Shown piece by piece: positions 26,051 to 40,632 of a stretch of 64,000 nucleotides of DNA (position 1 is its first letter; each line of letters begins with the position of its first letter). The notes under the pieces are model-generated. The model was not told the origin of the DNA. It made no database searches and was given only the letters and a program-made list of their open reading frames with translations. Both the position numbers and the translations under genes were made by a program. Origin of the DNA: Podarcis liolepis (Eukaryota); assembly GCA_965112155.1 (NCBI GenBank), contig OZ218100.1; one strand, given 5' to 3'.

Positions 26051-27380
26051 CTGTAGAGACTGAAATTCAACTTCTAGACTTACTTGATTCCCTCAATAGG
26101 ATGGGACTGAAGACTCTTTTGGAAAAAAGCGCTTTTGATTATTCAGTTCCTTCCTTATAGAAAGTGACACATCTGCACATACCAGTGCAATCAAATGAAG
26201 TATAAAATCCTAAATGAACTGCTCCAAAGACTTGGGGTTGGGATCCACATAGCTCTGAGAAGCCCAAGGGTTGCCATACATCTGGAATTTCCCGGACATA
26301 TCCGAAATACTGCAGTCAAAAGCAGTGTCTGGGTGGAAATCAGCTAAACGTTTCCTTCTGGGAAGGTAGAATCCAACAGTCTTCACTGAGCTTCACCCAG
26401 GAGCAACTATTTCCACTTGATTCTGATTTTGAATTCAAGAGACCAGGCTGTTATTTGGGCACCAGCTCCTTCAAAGATAAAGCTGGAGAAAAAACAGAAG
26501 TTTCCCATGGTAAACCATCATTACTCCTTGAATTGGTCAAAAAGAAAACCGGAGAACAGGCAAATGAGAAGAGGGGCAAATGATAAACAGAATATCTAAG
26601 TACAGGGGTTGGTAGGGTGCTTTCCTGTCAAGATGCCAAAGTGCAGTTGAAATGTTTGAGAAAAATTTTACGAGCTTTCGAGTTGCCCTTTTCAAGCCAC
26701 AAGCAATGAATAGATGATTGCCTTGCTAAGCTGCTGTGTGATATTTCAGGATGCCTAATCTGCCCTAATGCAGAGACTCAATTAGTGTGACACTTTATGA
26801 AAATAATGGACTCTAATTGTCTGCCATGGGTGCGTATCATGTGCAGCACACTCTCAGAGTGGTTATTTTCTGCAGCAGTCAGGCCAGGTATACACAAAAG
26901 GAAGGAAAGCCAGAGTCTTCATCATCACAGTGCAAAAGAGCAACTTGGAGGTGTCATTTTCTGTGTGCACAACGGTGGCATTTTAATCAAACGGCAATGA
27001 GAATTAATTACGGTGCAACCCAACTATCTAATTGCTTCCCCAAAACAGGATTCTTGTAGTGTATGCTTCTCATGTTTCAAATAGGAAGGCTTCCAACAGC
27101 CTCTCTACGGTGAAAAGACCAAACATACTGATGGTGCAGAGGAACTTAATCAACAAATACTGCTATCTTAGTCAAATAATTATTTTTGCTCGCCTTTCCC
27201 AAAATACAGCTTTGGAAATGAAGCTGTTCTTTCCATTTCTTCTTTTTCCCCAAGTCATACTCCCATCAGTATGATCTCCACCCAGGGATGATGAGATCTG
27301 TGGTCCCACAATTATCTGGTGGGCAACAGGTTCCTGAACCCTGGCCTAGGCACCACTCAGGCGATGCCACCTTTGTAACT

Positions 27381-27513
27381 TAAGGTTACCAGACATCCCC
27401 GTTTCCCAGGGACAGTCCCCGGATTTACAAATCAGTCCCCTGACAAAACCCATCTATTTAGTAGGAAGTTGAAAAGTGTTCCCGGATTCATTGAAAAAAA
27501 TCTGGTAACCTTA
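27381..27513. mobile_element. hAT MITE (Tip100/Blackjack-like ends)
   Basis: TIRs TAAGGTTACCAGA / TCTGGTAACCTTA; TSD TTGTAACT/TTTTAACT. Confidence 0.85.
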
Positions 27514-30500
27514 TTTTAACTTGTTCCACCAATGGCATGGATGGGATTAATGGAGGGAGAATCAGTACAGTATGAATATGCATGGAACCAGAGCAACCAG
27601 GTATGTCGTATGAGCACAATGCGCAACACCCCCCCCCATAGAACTATCTACATAGGTATGTCCTACAGATCATAGCCATTTCTCACTTTTATATTTGTGC
27701 AATTGGGGATGGATATTGGCATACAAAATACAGAATCTTCTTATGTACAAATAAAACCCGGGTCACATCACTTTAAAATGCTCAGAGGTGGGCTGTGGTA
27801 CATTCCTAGTTGCCATTTCCAAGCATGTTAAAGAGCCCCAGCATGTCAAATTGATGGAGCGCCTACTCCCATATCAACACTAACATCTGCCAATAGCCTT
27901 CTGCAAGTGCTCTTCCATCTGTGAGGGGACCAATGTCAATTAGACAGAGGTCTGTGATGCCACAATTATTGAATGCCCTCGCCAAAGAGGCTCGGCTGGA
28001 ACCAACATCAGTAGCCTTTAAATGCCAGGCTAAACATTTCTGTATTTCCTCAAGCATTTTACAACTCGGTTTTTATTTCCATTCTTGAATCTGCTGCTTG
28101 TTAATGCTTTGGAATACTGTATTTTTAGCTGGGTGGATTTTTTTTGTAAACAATTATAACCTACTTTTCTTAGTTACAAAACAGAACACACAACAATCGG
28201 GTTGTAGTTTTAATTATTGTAAGCCTACCCTGGAACTGATTCTGATGAAGGGTGCTACATCAATATTTCAAATTAAAATAAAATTATGGACAAGCCCACC
28301 CTATTTAGTAGTTGTGCATCCATAATGGGGTACAAAATGGGTACAGGGAAAATCTGACCCTTGATCTCTGTTTTCTAATGAGGTTTGGAGGAGGCAGTGC
28401 AATTGATCTGTCTTTTCAGATTTAAGAGACTTTGAAATAAACCATCCTATCATCATTATAACTAACTTCCCAAAGGCTTTAGACTTAGTCAAAGTCTGGC
28501 AATTTATAAATCATAAGGAGGCTTCCGTGGCTCTCTGGCAGCTCCAGACAAATTCAGCCACAAATTGAATTATTTGTAGCCACGAACCGAGTATCATGGA
28601 CAATTCAAGGCTGTGTGAGTGAGGTTTGGTTTTGTGCAGAGTTGTGCTGCTGGAGGGTGCTGCCAGATGTAAAACGGGTAAGGCAAAAGGTGTGACTTCA
28701 CCTTTGGACAATAGGCTATAATGAAGTCACACCAAAGTCAGAGGTCTCTACAAACACAAATGGCCTAAACATATCTTCATCTCGGCAAGGAAGAGACATG
28801 ATTAACAGTTTTTATTCATAAATCCATGACATCCCAACATCATTCAAAATATATGATACATTTTTTTTTAACATAGCAATACAGTGTGCAACCTGTTAAA
28901 AGAGAAAATTCAGAAGCACATGAAATACATACTTGGCAATGACAATCATGGATTGCTTAGCTATCCAGGTGTCTTGGTAATAAATCTAATTTGTAATAAA
29001 CCTCCCTGCCCTGCCAAAAAAAGCAAGAAGAGGTCCCACTTCCCTGCAAACTTGTCCCTCCTGCTTTCGCCCCTCATTACTGTATGTCTTGTGTAAACGT
29101 TACAGCTGGGGTAAGAAACCAGACTTTGGGCCTCCATCCTTTCAACGAGCTGCTTGGAGTACTTCCAATTTAGATTTACACCCTGCTCTTCCTTGCAAAG
29201 GAGCCCAGAGCAGCAAACAAGTGTTTTTTTAAAAAATAAAAAGACAGCATCTTACAAACAATTCCAATTCAGATGCAGACTAGGAAAGATGTCAGCTTAA
29301 AAAGCCTGGATGTAGTTTTTTGCAGCTCTTCAAGGCTGTGTCACTAGAGTAGAGCTGAATACCAATCTTCTGCAGCATAGATGCTGTTGGACATCGGCAC
29401 CAGATGTTGTTGGACTCCCATCATGCCACTCCAATGGCCAGGCTGGTTAGGGCTGATAAGAGCTGGAGTCTAACAGTATTTGAAGGCCACCGTGTTGGGT
29501 ATCCCTGTTCTACAGTCTCCCCCAAAAAGGATTCAGCTTGTAAATTTTTCTAGTCTTTAATTCACAAGGATTCAGTTCATGTCACACAATAACTTTGCAG
29601 TGCCTTACAGTTTTAGCAGAGGCTTTAATAAAATAAAATTAAAAAAATAAATGGGTGGTGCTTACACTCTGCTCATACAGCTGCTTATCTCACTTGTTAC
29701 CTTGGGGCCAAGGTGCTCCCCCCCTTTCTCTTACTGTGGGCTCCCCTACCAGGTTCACTATGCAGATCATGCTCTGGCAGAAAAGGACAGACACTAAACA
29801 GAAGCCTCTGTTTAGTCTCTTGAGCATCGCTTCCAGCTACACATTAGCTATTAAAGAGGCACTAGTCAAGATATCTCATAAGCATTACCCTGTGATATGG
29901 ATTTGATTTGACCCAGATATTACACAAACCCATGAACCAGCAACGAACAGATGCATAAGCCAAGAGCTTATGTTAGAGCCACTCAAACGATTTCTAGAAC
30001 CAGAGAGATTTCAGTCAGAAATTCCCTGGCTCCTTAGCTCCATATTTAATGACAAACTGCAAGGTTGAGAAATGTAAAAATTACCTTGCATCGATATTAA
30101 ACGGCTTTTAAAACCGCAGGACACACAAGCACACAGTCCCTGGTACTCCAAGTAAACCTGGATAGGATTGCACTATAACCCGCTTGCCTGAAAGACCTAA
30201 GGGGAGTACCAGCATTTGAAAGCAACTGGCGCTCCTCTGCAGTTCTTTATGTAGGATGTAGCACAGTAAAAGGAAGAAACATGGAAGGTGAAACCAAGTC
30301 TGCAATTATGAAAAGAACAAAACTAATCCGGATTGCAGACTGAACAAATAAGAACATAAGGAGAGGCCAGTTGCATCAGGCCAAAGGCTCATCTAGTCCC
30401 CCTCTGGTTGTTATACTGACCTGCCAGATGACTGTGGGAAACCGACAAGCAGGACCTGAATGAAAACAGTGTGGCGATGGAGCTTAATACAAATGCAACT

Positions 30501-30830
30501 GTCAGAGCCCTTTTGGTTTTGGGTGCTAAATACTAGTAAGTGCTACTGCTACAAATGCTTTTCATTCTGGACCAAAATATCCATTTGTGACATTGCTTTC
30601 TTTAAAAAGGTTTTCCTTGGCTCAAGTGTTTGCTGCAGCATGAAGTTAGATTGCAGTTATTACTCCCCATGGCGCTACTGCATCAGAAACTACAGGAGCA
30701 CACAGCTGAAATATATAGGACGTCGAAGGTGGGTGTCTGATATTATCTGCCTGTTCAGCCCTTCAATCCAAGTAGCAATGACTGCCAAAATGAGAAATGA
30801 TGGCAAAGATTTTCTCTGTGTTGAAATAAG

Positions 30831-30838
30831 TGCGTGCG

Positions 30839-30880
<42 letters not shown>
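30831..30880. repeat. Compound (GC)n(CA)17 microsatellite
   Basis: Direct reading. Confidence 0.95.
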
Positions 30881-30883
<3 letters not shown>

Positions 30884-31267
30884 CAACAAACAGAAAGTCT
30901 TTTATATCATTTTTCATTTCAGCAGTCATTGCTATTTGCTACACATATAAACAATCCTTATGTTCTTGCACCGCAATTTACGATTTAGCTCAAAAAAGTA
31001 AGAGTGCTTGCTTTAGTGGAAATTACAATGCTTGCAATTTGTGCCCTCTAGTTCTCTTCCTGTTATTTTACAGACACTGTACTTGGAGCAGGCTATTCAT
31101 ATCAGAATAGAAGCTGTCAACATGAATATTTATACATTAGAAACAGAGATTGGGGGAGAGAGAAAAGGTTCTTTTCAGATACATAGCTAGATGGACTCGG
31201 AAAGGCCACAGTATCTTCTTCTATTCCCAGACTTTCTATTATAAATTATGCTTTTAAAAAGCCACTA

Positions 31268-31482
31268 CAGTGGATGTTCGGGTTGCGAACGTGATCCATG
31301 TGGGAGGCACATTCACAACCCGCAGCGCTGCGTCTGCGCACGTCGCGATTTGGTGCTTCTGCCCGTGCGTTAAGTGCGAGCGCCGAAACCTGGAAGTAAC
31401 CCGTTCCGGTACTTCCGGGTTTGGAGTGGTGCGCAACCCGAAAACACACAACCTGAAGCGTCTGTAACCCGAGGTATGACTG
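31268..31482. mobile_element. Tigger-like MITE
   Basis: TA|CAGTGGATGTTCGGGTT ... AACCCGAGGTATGACTG|TA; CpG-rich. Confidence 0.85.
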
Positions 31483-33689
31483 TATTTGTATTTATATTTA
31501 GCAACATGTTATACTTTATTTATTTCTTTGGAGGGGGTTGACATTAGCTTATACTGAACAATCTGTGCTGCATTATCTGATCAGCTTAAACATCCAAAGA
31601 GAGCATTCCTCAGCTGCATTTTATAAAAGGTAGGCTCTCATTTTCATCTTGAAATTTTTGAAATGCATACTGGATAAAACAGTTCAATTTCCTCCTGTAA
31701 CTTTACAAGCTTGGCTGTGTGTACTCAGCAATGGATAAAATCCAAATTTGTCAGAGTATGTTCCAAAAACATCTGGCTTTTGAGACCCACATAGTAAGTA
31801 CCCTTACTATGTAAGACCCACAAGTAAGTACAAGATAAAATATTATGCATGCTTTGCATTATTCATTTTGCTTGTCAGACTATGCTGGACCCTATAGCCC
31901 CAACCCCCCTCCCCCGCCCAAGTATTGAACCCCAATAAGGTTTAGTAAGGCCCACCCTGGCACCTGCAATTTCAGCTGGCACTACCCACAGTTTTGTTAC
32001 AAAGCCCATCTTTGCAGCTCAAAGGGGCAACAAATTGCCCGTTAAAACATGAAAAAGAGCACCATTGGCTTTAGCCCGCTGTGTGTCCTTCTCTGTTCAA
32101 AAAGGAGCACAGCATGAATAAAACATGGTGGAATGTGACAACTGGAAATGGATGAGGCTTCTGCCTCTCATTTTCTGTCTTTCTCCTCCTGTACCCAATG
32201 AAGTCATCTTGCATCTCTCACTAGGACTGTGCCATTGCATAATTTACTTCGGCCTTGTGGCAATAATTCTTTTGAAAAAAAGTGAACCTGTTCTTGGGCA
32301 CACCATTTTTAACTTGGAATAAATAAGTGAAAATGGAGCAGGTGAGGATTTCCAACTCCAGCACCCATCAGACTGCATTTGGCAATATAATACTTGTAGC
32401 TTTCCTATCATGTATGTATCTTGGGGGGGTGCCTTTAGAGATTTTGTTAAACTTATATTTGCATTAGTTGTTGCAAAATATATGACCAACAAACTCTAGA
32501 ATTGGGATTCCGACTCAAACCAAATCAGGCAGTTACTTTGGATGGAATAAGGATGTGATGAATTGGCTTTGAACCCAATTTTGTGGTTGGTGTACACTCC
32601 TAATATAAACACCAAACTATACCCAAGGCTATAGCTTGATAAGCAAAGCAAGTTAACAATGATACAATTATTTCTCCCAAGACCTTATTTGTTGCCTTTT
32701 TATGAAGTTGCACCATAAAGCGTAAGTATATGACGACAAGCACATAAACTGCCCTAATAACTTGGAGGGCCACAGTATAGGCCTTACTAATAAACATATA
32801 TACAGGTGACTCCCCATTTATGCGGGGGTTATGTTCCCAACCCCCCCATATGCGAAATCACCTAAAATGGGATGTTGCCTGTATCAGCTCAGCTGATGCA
32901 TGGGTAAGAGCCTCCCTATTCATCAGCTGTGGGAGAACCAAACTGTTCCTCTACTCATGTGCACATTACTCCACTTCTGGTCCACATCATCTGCGTCAGA
33001 GATGCATTGTTCCTCTAGCTCGCACATGCAAGCAGAGGGTCAGCTCTGCTCTCTCACAGCTGACAGGTGGGGAAGCAGCTGTTTCCGTGCTACCCTGAAA
33101 ATCAGCTGTTAGGCAGGAAGGACTCATGCTCACAAGGAGATCCTCCCCAGAGCCTTAAGAGGACATCCTATTCAGGCTCTGGGAAGGGTCTCCTTACAAG
33201 CCAGGGCGCCTCTCCAGGGTGTCCCCCATTTCCAGAATCCACTTCTGAGATCCTGGCACCACGTGTGTTTGTGGTCACATGTAAACAGAGCACGTGCAGA
33301 TGGGGAGTTGTCTGTACTCCAAAAGAAATCACTGAGTTTAAATTCAGCATGCCAGCCAAAACTGTTCACCATTACACAGGAATGTACATTTCAGAATTTT
33401 GTGATCATGTCTGGGTAAAATTCAGTCAAATTTAAGCACTTTTAAAGTCCCAGTGATTTCAGTTTTTTGATGTTTAACTTGTTAATTAATACACATACCT
33501 AATTTGTGTGCACCATATAAGATGCTCACAAACATGTAATACATTGGAGAAGCCTGCAGATAGTTTAACTCCAGATCAACTAGAAATATTATTAGCAATG
33601 CTCATACACACAACCTCAAAACTGACCCTCTCGCTTTCCATTTTGGCATAACAGAGAAGTCACAAAAACACAATAAATACTGCATATTA

Positions 33690-34290
33690 TCATAACAGGA
33701 AGTTTAATTTATTCAGCTCATCAAAACGTCAAGGTTTTAGTGTACATTGTTAAAAAAACAACTACAATTCTACTGCAGACTAAGATACTCAGAATGGAGA
33801 ATCTTCAAGGATGTTCTGTTTCCTGACCTTCAAAGGTCAATCTTGCTACATTCAAGGAAGTAGCTCTGCCTTTATTTATCAATATTAAGTAAGGCTGGGT
33901 TTTCAGAATGGGGATTCATATTACTGTATTTTATTGGCAAACTTGTATGCAATTTAAAAATTTAAGGTAGATGTTGAAGAGAAGCAAAGTTTAATAGTAT
34001 GGAAATCACTCCAAGAAAATATAAGCAGGACATTTAAGTAATTCAAGGGCAGGTTCTGAAGCCAAGTGTAAACAAGGCTATGGTGCATGGCTAGAAAAAC
34101 ACATTATTTTTCAGATGAACCAATTTAGAGGATGTCTTGTGAAAGCGGAAAGCTGAAAAGCCTTATTATTGATTTGGCAGTATGTACATTTAGAATGAAT
34201 GCATTTTTATAGAGAAGTATATAAAACAAATAATCAGTGTCCTTTTAAGAACGTAACTAAAATTTGAAATGAGAGGCTCATTTGCTTGAT
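33690..34290 (-). terminator. TBC1D32: Probable TBC1D32 3' UTR with polyadenylation signals
   Basis: AT-rich. Minus-strand AATAAA at 33930-33935, 33871-33876 and 33708-33713; the last is followed by a GT/T-rich tract (TATTTATTGTGTTTTTGTG). The true cleavage site cannot be determined here. Confidence 0.55.
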
Positions 34291-34410
34291 CTATGTGTTC
34301 TGCACTCTAATGTTCTTCATGTCTCTTAGCAGCACTGGTCTGTAGGTTAGAGCCAAGTTTTCCATGTATTTGAAATAATCACTCACTTGAAATCCATGAA
34401 GTGCTTCTTC
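34291..34410 (-). CDS. TBC1D32: TBC1D32 last coding exon: [39 protein letters not shown]-stop(TAG)
   Basis: Acceptor caatgtgcag|G; ends like human ...LLRDMRNIRLQST*. Confidence 0.96.
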   Translation of the reverse strand, partial: EEALHGFQVSDYFKYMENLALTYRPVLLRDMKNIRVQNT

Positions 34411-36029
34411 CTGCACATTGCACAAAAGCAAAGTATTAGCCAGGGGGAAAATGATGGATATTAACATTTGAGGCTTTCCCAAGAGGCAACTTGTTTTATT
34501 TTTTCATCCCATTTAGAAATTTGTTCTGTTTCCATTGTAATACACAGATACTGCATTATGACAAAAGTGAAAAATAGACACATCCGTTTCTATACAATGG
34601 TGTCTAATGACATATTTACTAACGGAATTAATAAAGCAAAATGAGGATTTCAAACTTTACATATTTCTTAGCTGTATCAGTATACATAATTTGAAGTATA
34701 AAATAAGCTACAATTTATCAGTAGCCCTAGTTAAAATAAATTACTGTTTAATGTAAATGAGAAGTGTTATTTCATGCTGCTCCAAACTTCCCAATTTGCT
34801 TCAACCTGGTCCTACCGCCGCCACACAGCAAGAAAAGCAGCTATGACACTGGTCTCATCGTTCCTTTGTCTCCAAATAAAGAACAAATGGAAGCCAATGT
34901 TTGTTCTTAGTTTACTGCTTATAGTTTGGAAATAAACAAGCCACAAGCCTGATGCAGACAAGGTAACCTGAGATTTGTTTCCTCAGCACAGGAGTAGCAT
35001 GCTGCTCTATCACACTGAACCATCATTTATTTTAACTATGGTTTACTGTGACGTGCATACTTGGCCAACTAACATTGCCTTGTCCCATACCCTTTGTTTG
35101 CAGTTGCATGCCATGTCCTATTTTGTTTCTGACAAATTAAACCAACCATCTTGTTAGAAGGTTAGCACTAGCTGCATTATGAACAGTACATTTTGAATGT
35201 CTTTTAAAATAAGATAATTGGGAATTAACCCAAGGACAGACAAGTTTAATTATTATTATTTTAAATTTCTATACAGGGCAGTTTATGATAGAAAAACACA
35301 AACATGAATAACATAGTAACAAATAAAAACAATAACACCCCACAACAGAGTTTAAAAGGGCATAGATGGTTTAAGGCCTGGGTGAAGAGGAATGCCTTTG
35401 CACTGATTTGCTATTGAGGGATAAGGAACTGCAGACTTTTGTTCCCCCAGCTCCTACCACAATGCTGGCAAGAGCTGGAGAAGGATATTTTCCAAAGCTA
35501 TCCACTGTTAAAGTAATCTTAGGGACAAGGTAAAACTTTGCAAGGTGCAGAGCATCGATGAAGTCGGTTGTGAATTCCTCTACAAAACAACAGCAAGTGT
35601 TGCAGATGTTAATATTTGCATCTCATTTGCAGCAACTGTAGCATTAATGGCTAGTAAACACTGGGGAGAATAAGTAAGTTTTTAGTATACACTGAAATCA
35701 ATGCTTTGTCAGTGCTTCCCTTAACCTAGAGGCAAGTTTAGTTGTTACTTTGAGTGCTGTGTAAACCACATGGAAAGACAAGATGAGGATTTTACTGCCT
35801 TTCCACATTAAGGTTTTGATGGGGGAAAAGTAATTCAGATACTGTTTTGTTTGTCAATAATTGTGTGCATACCTGTCTGATGGTTACTAGATGCTTCAAA
35901 TCATCTATCTAAAATTGCATATTATATATTATGTCACTGTGCAAAAAAAGTGAAACACTTGGTTGGAGTATTATGGGCCACCAGAAACCTCACATACTGT
36001 AATGGAGGATAGTGGTTTTGTTAGAGAAT

Positions 36030-36407
36030 CTGCCACTTTTATCCATATATATTATTATAAAGTAATTACATGACAAAGAGCAGCTGGCTCTTCTTGAAAG
36101 TCAGCATCAGAAAAATTGGGATAAGAAAATGCCCACATAGACTTTTGAGGTGTGGGTGGGTAGGAGAGAAGGAGGAAAAGAAGAGGTGACCTGACGGGCC
36201 CACAATCCTAGCTACAACTGCCACTTTTATCCATATATATTATTATAAAGTAATTACATGACAAAGAGCAGCTGGCTCTTCTTGAAAGTCAGCATCAGAA
36301 AAATTGGGATAAGAAAATGCCCACATAGACTTTTGAGGTGTGGGTGGGTAGGAGAGAAGGAGGAAAAGAAGAGGTGACCTGACGGGCCCACAATCCTAGC
36401 TACAACT
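36030..36407. repeat. Perfect 188-bp tandem duplication
   Basis: 36030-36217 is identical to 36218-36405 by eye; 2-nt CT microhomology at the junction. Confidence 0.95.
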
Positions 36408-37589
36408 AAATACTGACTTTTAGTATCAATGGGATGAGTAATTAGAAATTATTTGCTTTATGAAGCAGTTAATAAGGCTTTTATTGGAGAGATTTGCAGT
36501 CAATTGTCTCAGCCTACTAGCAAGGGAAATCCATGTGCAGAAAAAACCTACCACGTAATAACCAACATGGATGCAGATATTCGTCTGTATTACAATGCAC
36601 ACCTGAGCTCCATTAAACTGGCTTGTGCATTTGATGTAAATAGGTTTGTACATTCCTATATGTAGCCACAAACTGTTGCACACAGCTTCAAGTAGACAGG
36701 GTCCTCTTAATTAGAGTTTCCATTTTAATGATGCACTGCTTTGTGTACTTAGTACTGTGTTTCCTTCAAACAATGTATTGTATTCTAAGGGTGTAATTTA
36801 CAACCAATTAAGTCCAGAGTATTCTAGTTAAAATTAAACTGGAATCAGATATGGTGGATTTCTTTTCCAAAATCTGCCAAGTCAAGCCTAGTTATTAAAG
36901 TCTAGTTAGGACAATTTGACAGAGAGTGTAAATTAAAATCGTTTTCTTTCCTCAAAAAACATTTATTTTTCTCTTTTATAAAAATACAGCAAACCCCATG
37001 ATTCCTTATAAAATGTGTTCAGCACACTTTTAATGAGAGTTTCATAATTTTTGACCTATTATTTGGCCTCTGTATCTTAAGAACTATTTAATCATGATGG
37101 CCTGTCATCAGATGTTAAGATGAATTTTATTACGAGGAAGAATAGCTCTGGTGTGTTGTCTCCTGCTATATAATGAGGACTACAGATCTGTCATGCTATT
37201 TTAAAATGAATGTCAAAGATTTTAAATTAAAAGTATATTTTGGGAATCACATTATACAAAATGGCTGTTATAGACAGGCAGCAGCTAATGGCATGTTTAA
37301 ACAATTAACTTGATATTTCTTATTTTAAAAGTATTATCCAGTCTAGAACGATATATTCAGCTTTGATTCTAAAATTATGTATATCAAACAGGGTTTATTA
37401 AATTTAATATATATAATGCCTGAAGCAACTCTTTTCATACAGAGAATTCTACTTTGGAGTTTTCGTTTGTGCATTCTTAGAAAAGGTAAAGACAGATATG
37501 AAACTTAAATAGAAAAGCAGCTTTCAGAAAATATTAACTCATTTAACTTTATCTTTAAAATTTATATCCCTACCTCTTTGCCCAAAGAC

Positions 37590-37905
37590 TTAGGGGCAGG
37601 GGACAACAATAAATACATAATTAATGTTAAAACAAAACAATAATAGTAGAATAAAAACAGTCTCCCTAGGTGTCAGTCTACATTTAAAGAAGGTCTTTAG
37701 CTGAGTCCTAAACCTGAACGACGTCAGCACCTGCCCAATGTCTGGCAGAAGTGCTTTCCGCAATTGGGGTGCTACTACTGAGAAGGCCCTCAGATGGGTT
37801 ATAAAGTCCCAAACTATTCTCAATGATGGAACCATCAGAAAGCTCTCCCTAACAGATTTCAACTCACAGGCAGGTTGAAATGGGGAGAGGCAATAGGGAT
37901 AAGGA
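37590..37905 (-). mobile_element. L2 LINE 3' fragment (similar relics at about 24500-24760 + and 27860-28040 -)
   Basis: RAFSVVAPQLRKALLPDI...FRTQLKTF resembles the L2 ORF2 terminus RAFSVAAPxLWNxLP...FRxxLKT. Confidence 0.7.
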
Positions 37906-38671
37906 AAAATATATATTCTGACCACCTAAATTAGTTACCAGAACATGCAAAGCACTGACATAGTTACCTTCTCAATGACCATTCATTCAGCTTTGAATTA
38001 ACTCAGGTTTGCCAAAATGCTCATTTCTAGTTCTGAAATTCTTCACTGAGTTTTCTGAGTTAATACAGCCGCTACACTTATGAGGAGACAGGACTGTCAT
38101 GGATACTTTAGCTGAGATTTGTGCATTGCAGGGGGTTAGATTAAATGACCCCTGTGGGCCCTTCCAACTCTACAATCCTGGTTCTAATAAAAGGCAGCTA
38201 CTGTTTCTGCAGAGTAATGTAAAGCTTAGAAATAAACAAATCTATAGGTTAAAAATGTTAAGAACAGCCCTGCTGGATCAGATAAACAAATCAATCTAGT
38301 CCAGCATTCTGTTCCAACAGGGTACAGCCAAATCTCCCTGGAAATATCACAAGCAAAGTATTTTGCTCAAAGTCCATCAAGGATATGGCATTCTGTAAAA
38401 GAGAATGACATATCAAGATCAGGCTCATCACCAATTCCCAGTGAACAAACAAGGAAGAATCTATTTCATATACATTTGGCATATGCATTTGTTTTCTTTA
38501 AAGGATTACAGAAAGGATATTTTCCTTTGTCACTAAGTAAAGCTACGAAGAAAACAGACTGAAAACAAACACATATTCAAAGAATAATTTGTTAAGTTTT
38601 TCTAAAAAATTGACATCAAATCTTCAACACTGTTCTATTATTCTAAGTCATGAAGATAAAGAAGAAATTAC

Positions 38672-38860
38672 TTTAAGAAAAACTTGGAGATCCTGAGTCT
38701 GCGTATGCTGAAGAATTTCTTGCTGTAGATGCTTGAATACAGATATACACATATAAATCTGATAATCTGGGCCAAGAAAAATACAAATGGCAATGTAATG
38801 GCAGATCTCGCTCCAGTCCAAGTAATTCCAGAAACACTGAGTCAACCATTGTTGACAGAT
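38672..38860 (-). CDS. TBC1D32: TBC1D32 exon (189 nt): [63 protein letters not shown]
   Basis: Acceptor ttttttcctag|A, donor AAA|gtaatt; near-identical to the remembered human sequence. Confidence 0.97.
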
Positions 38861-40632
38861 CTAGGAAAAAAACAATAATCCAATTCATCACTTCCAACAG
38901 CAACTGTTCCACATAATGCATCCAGCTCTATATACTCCATTCTGAGGTCCCTTGCAATTGTCAGCTACCGTAATTTACAACAGAAATCCACCCCCACTCC
39001 CCGCTCTTAGTCATGGGGGGGGGGTAGCACACCCTGTTTTGCCACTGGAAGTGAAATGTTTTTCCCTGGAGGTTCCCAGAGCTCACTGAAAACCTGAATC
39101 ACTGCCACTAGTAAGGGCTTGTCTGGGAAGGCAGCACTTCCGTTTGTAAAAGCAACTAAAGCTCTAGACCACGTCCCCTATGCTAGGGGGAGGCATCTTT
39201 TCTCAAAGAATTTGAACTAAAAAGGAATGAGAGAGGTGTGTCATATCATCATCTCCCAATTAGTCATTTGCACTGCATCTTCTTTCTGGCAATCATGGGC
39301 ATAAACAAGTTTCCACCTTAGTGTAGCATCATTAAAAACCTGGAAGAAGAACTGCTACATGAAAGAGTTTTCTAGTGAAGAATGTCACAAACAGTAGTAC
39401 TTTGGTTTTGTTTAATGTGTTTGTATTTAGCAGAAGAGGAGCTCTCCAACTTTTTAATAAATCTGACATTCTGTTATTAAACTGATTATGAAAAACAAAA
39501 TTAGAATAACTGTTCTTTTTGTTGATCTCTACCACGACAATTTCATTTAGCTGTGAACTTATGAATCTTGTGTTAATCAGCCTGTAAATATTTACAAAAG
39601 TAAATCAGGCAAAAGTACTAATTTGATTGCAAAAGATAAGATTTAAAACAGATTTTAGCTTGCTTCATTTGTAATCTAACAGTGACAATGGACTGGAACC
39701 AGACTTTTTCTTTTTGTGGACAGCTTTTAATCCAACAGAGAAAACCATTTTTTGTTGAGTCCCCCCTACACTCTATGACTCCAGAAAAACTTACCTAGAG
39801 GATTAAGGATCCCTTGGAAGGTAGCACTGGGGATTTTGAGGAATGGAAAAATCACTCCTCCTCTTTCATGGGAGTGTCCTGAGCAGAATTCTGCTTACGG
39901 AATCCAGCAGGAGCAAACTCTGAATCTATCCCAATTACTGTTTAGGCAGCAAAATTACTTTTGCTCTTTTCACTTAAAATTATGGTGTAAGAGCTGGCAT
40001 CTAATACACTGCCCAATTCTATGTATTTTCATTCAGAGGCAAGTCTCATTGTTATTCCTAAGCATTCAAATACTTTCAGCCTTATTGTAGAAACTGTACA
40101 ATAAATAGTACATATCAGCAAAACAAACTGTTTTTTATTGCAGTAGCAATAATTCATTTTTTTGGTCTCACCTGTATAACTTGATTTCAAGTATGGTTAT
40201 GAAGAACTACCAGACAAAAGCAATTCAATTTCAAAAAGCTCTCTCTTTCTACAATTCCCAGCTGACTATTCATTAGCAGTAAATATAATTTATAGTTAAC
40301 TCTGCCCACTGCTGTGCATTTAAGGGTCTGACAAAGCTATTCTTTTTACCACTATGCTTTTTAAGAGAAAAAGAAAAATCTTCCTTCCTGTGAATTTCTT
40401 TTCAGAGTTGCTTCAACATGAAATGATTTAGTGGAAGTCCTACCCAGCTGGAATCTTGTCTTAATTTCCCTGTAAGCCTCATTTAACTTAATGAGACTTA
40501 CTTCTGAGTAAACACCTAAGGGGCTGCACCATAGAAGAGGAAAGTGCTTTGGCTCCAGTTTTGCAGTCTCCTTTTCACTGACAGTCAAGGCAACCATTTT
40601 TTAAAAAAACAAATTGGAATATTTTTTATTAC

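Noticed and set aside
30460-31110. Longest ORF in the track (216 aa)
   Set aside because: It runs through a (CA)n microsatellite and has no recognisable domain; a chance ORF.
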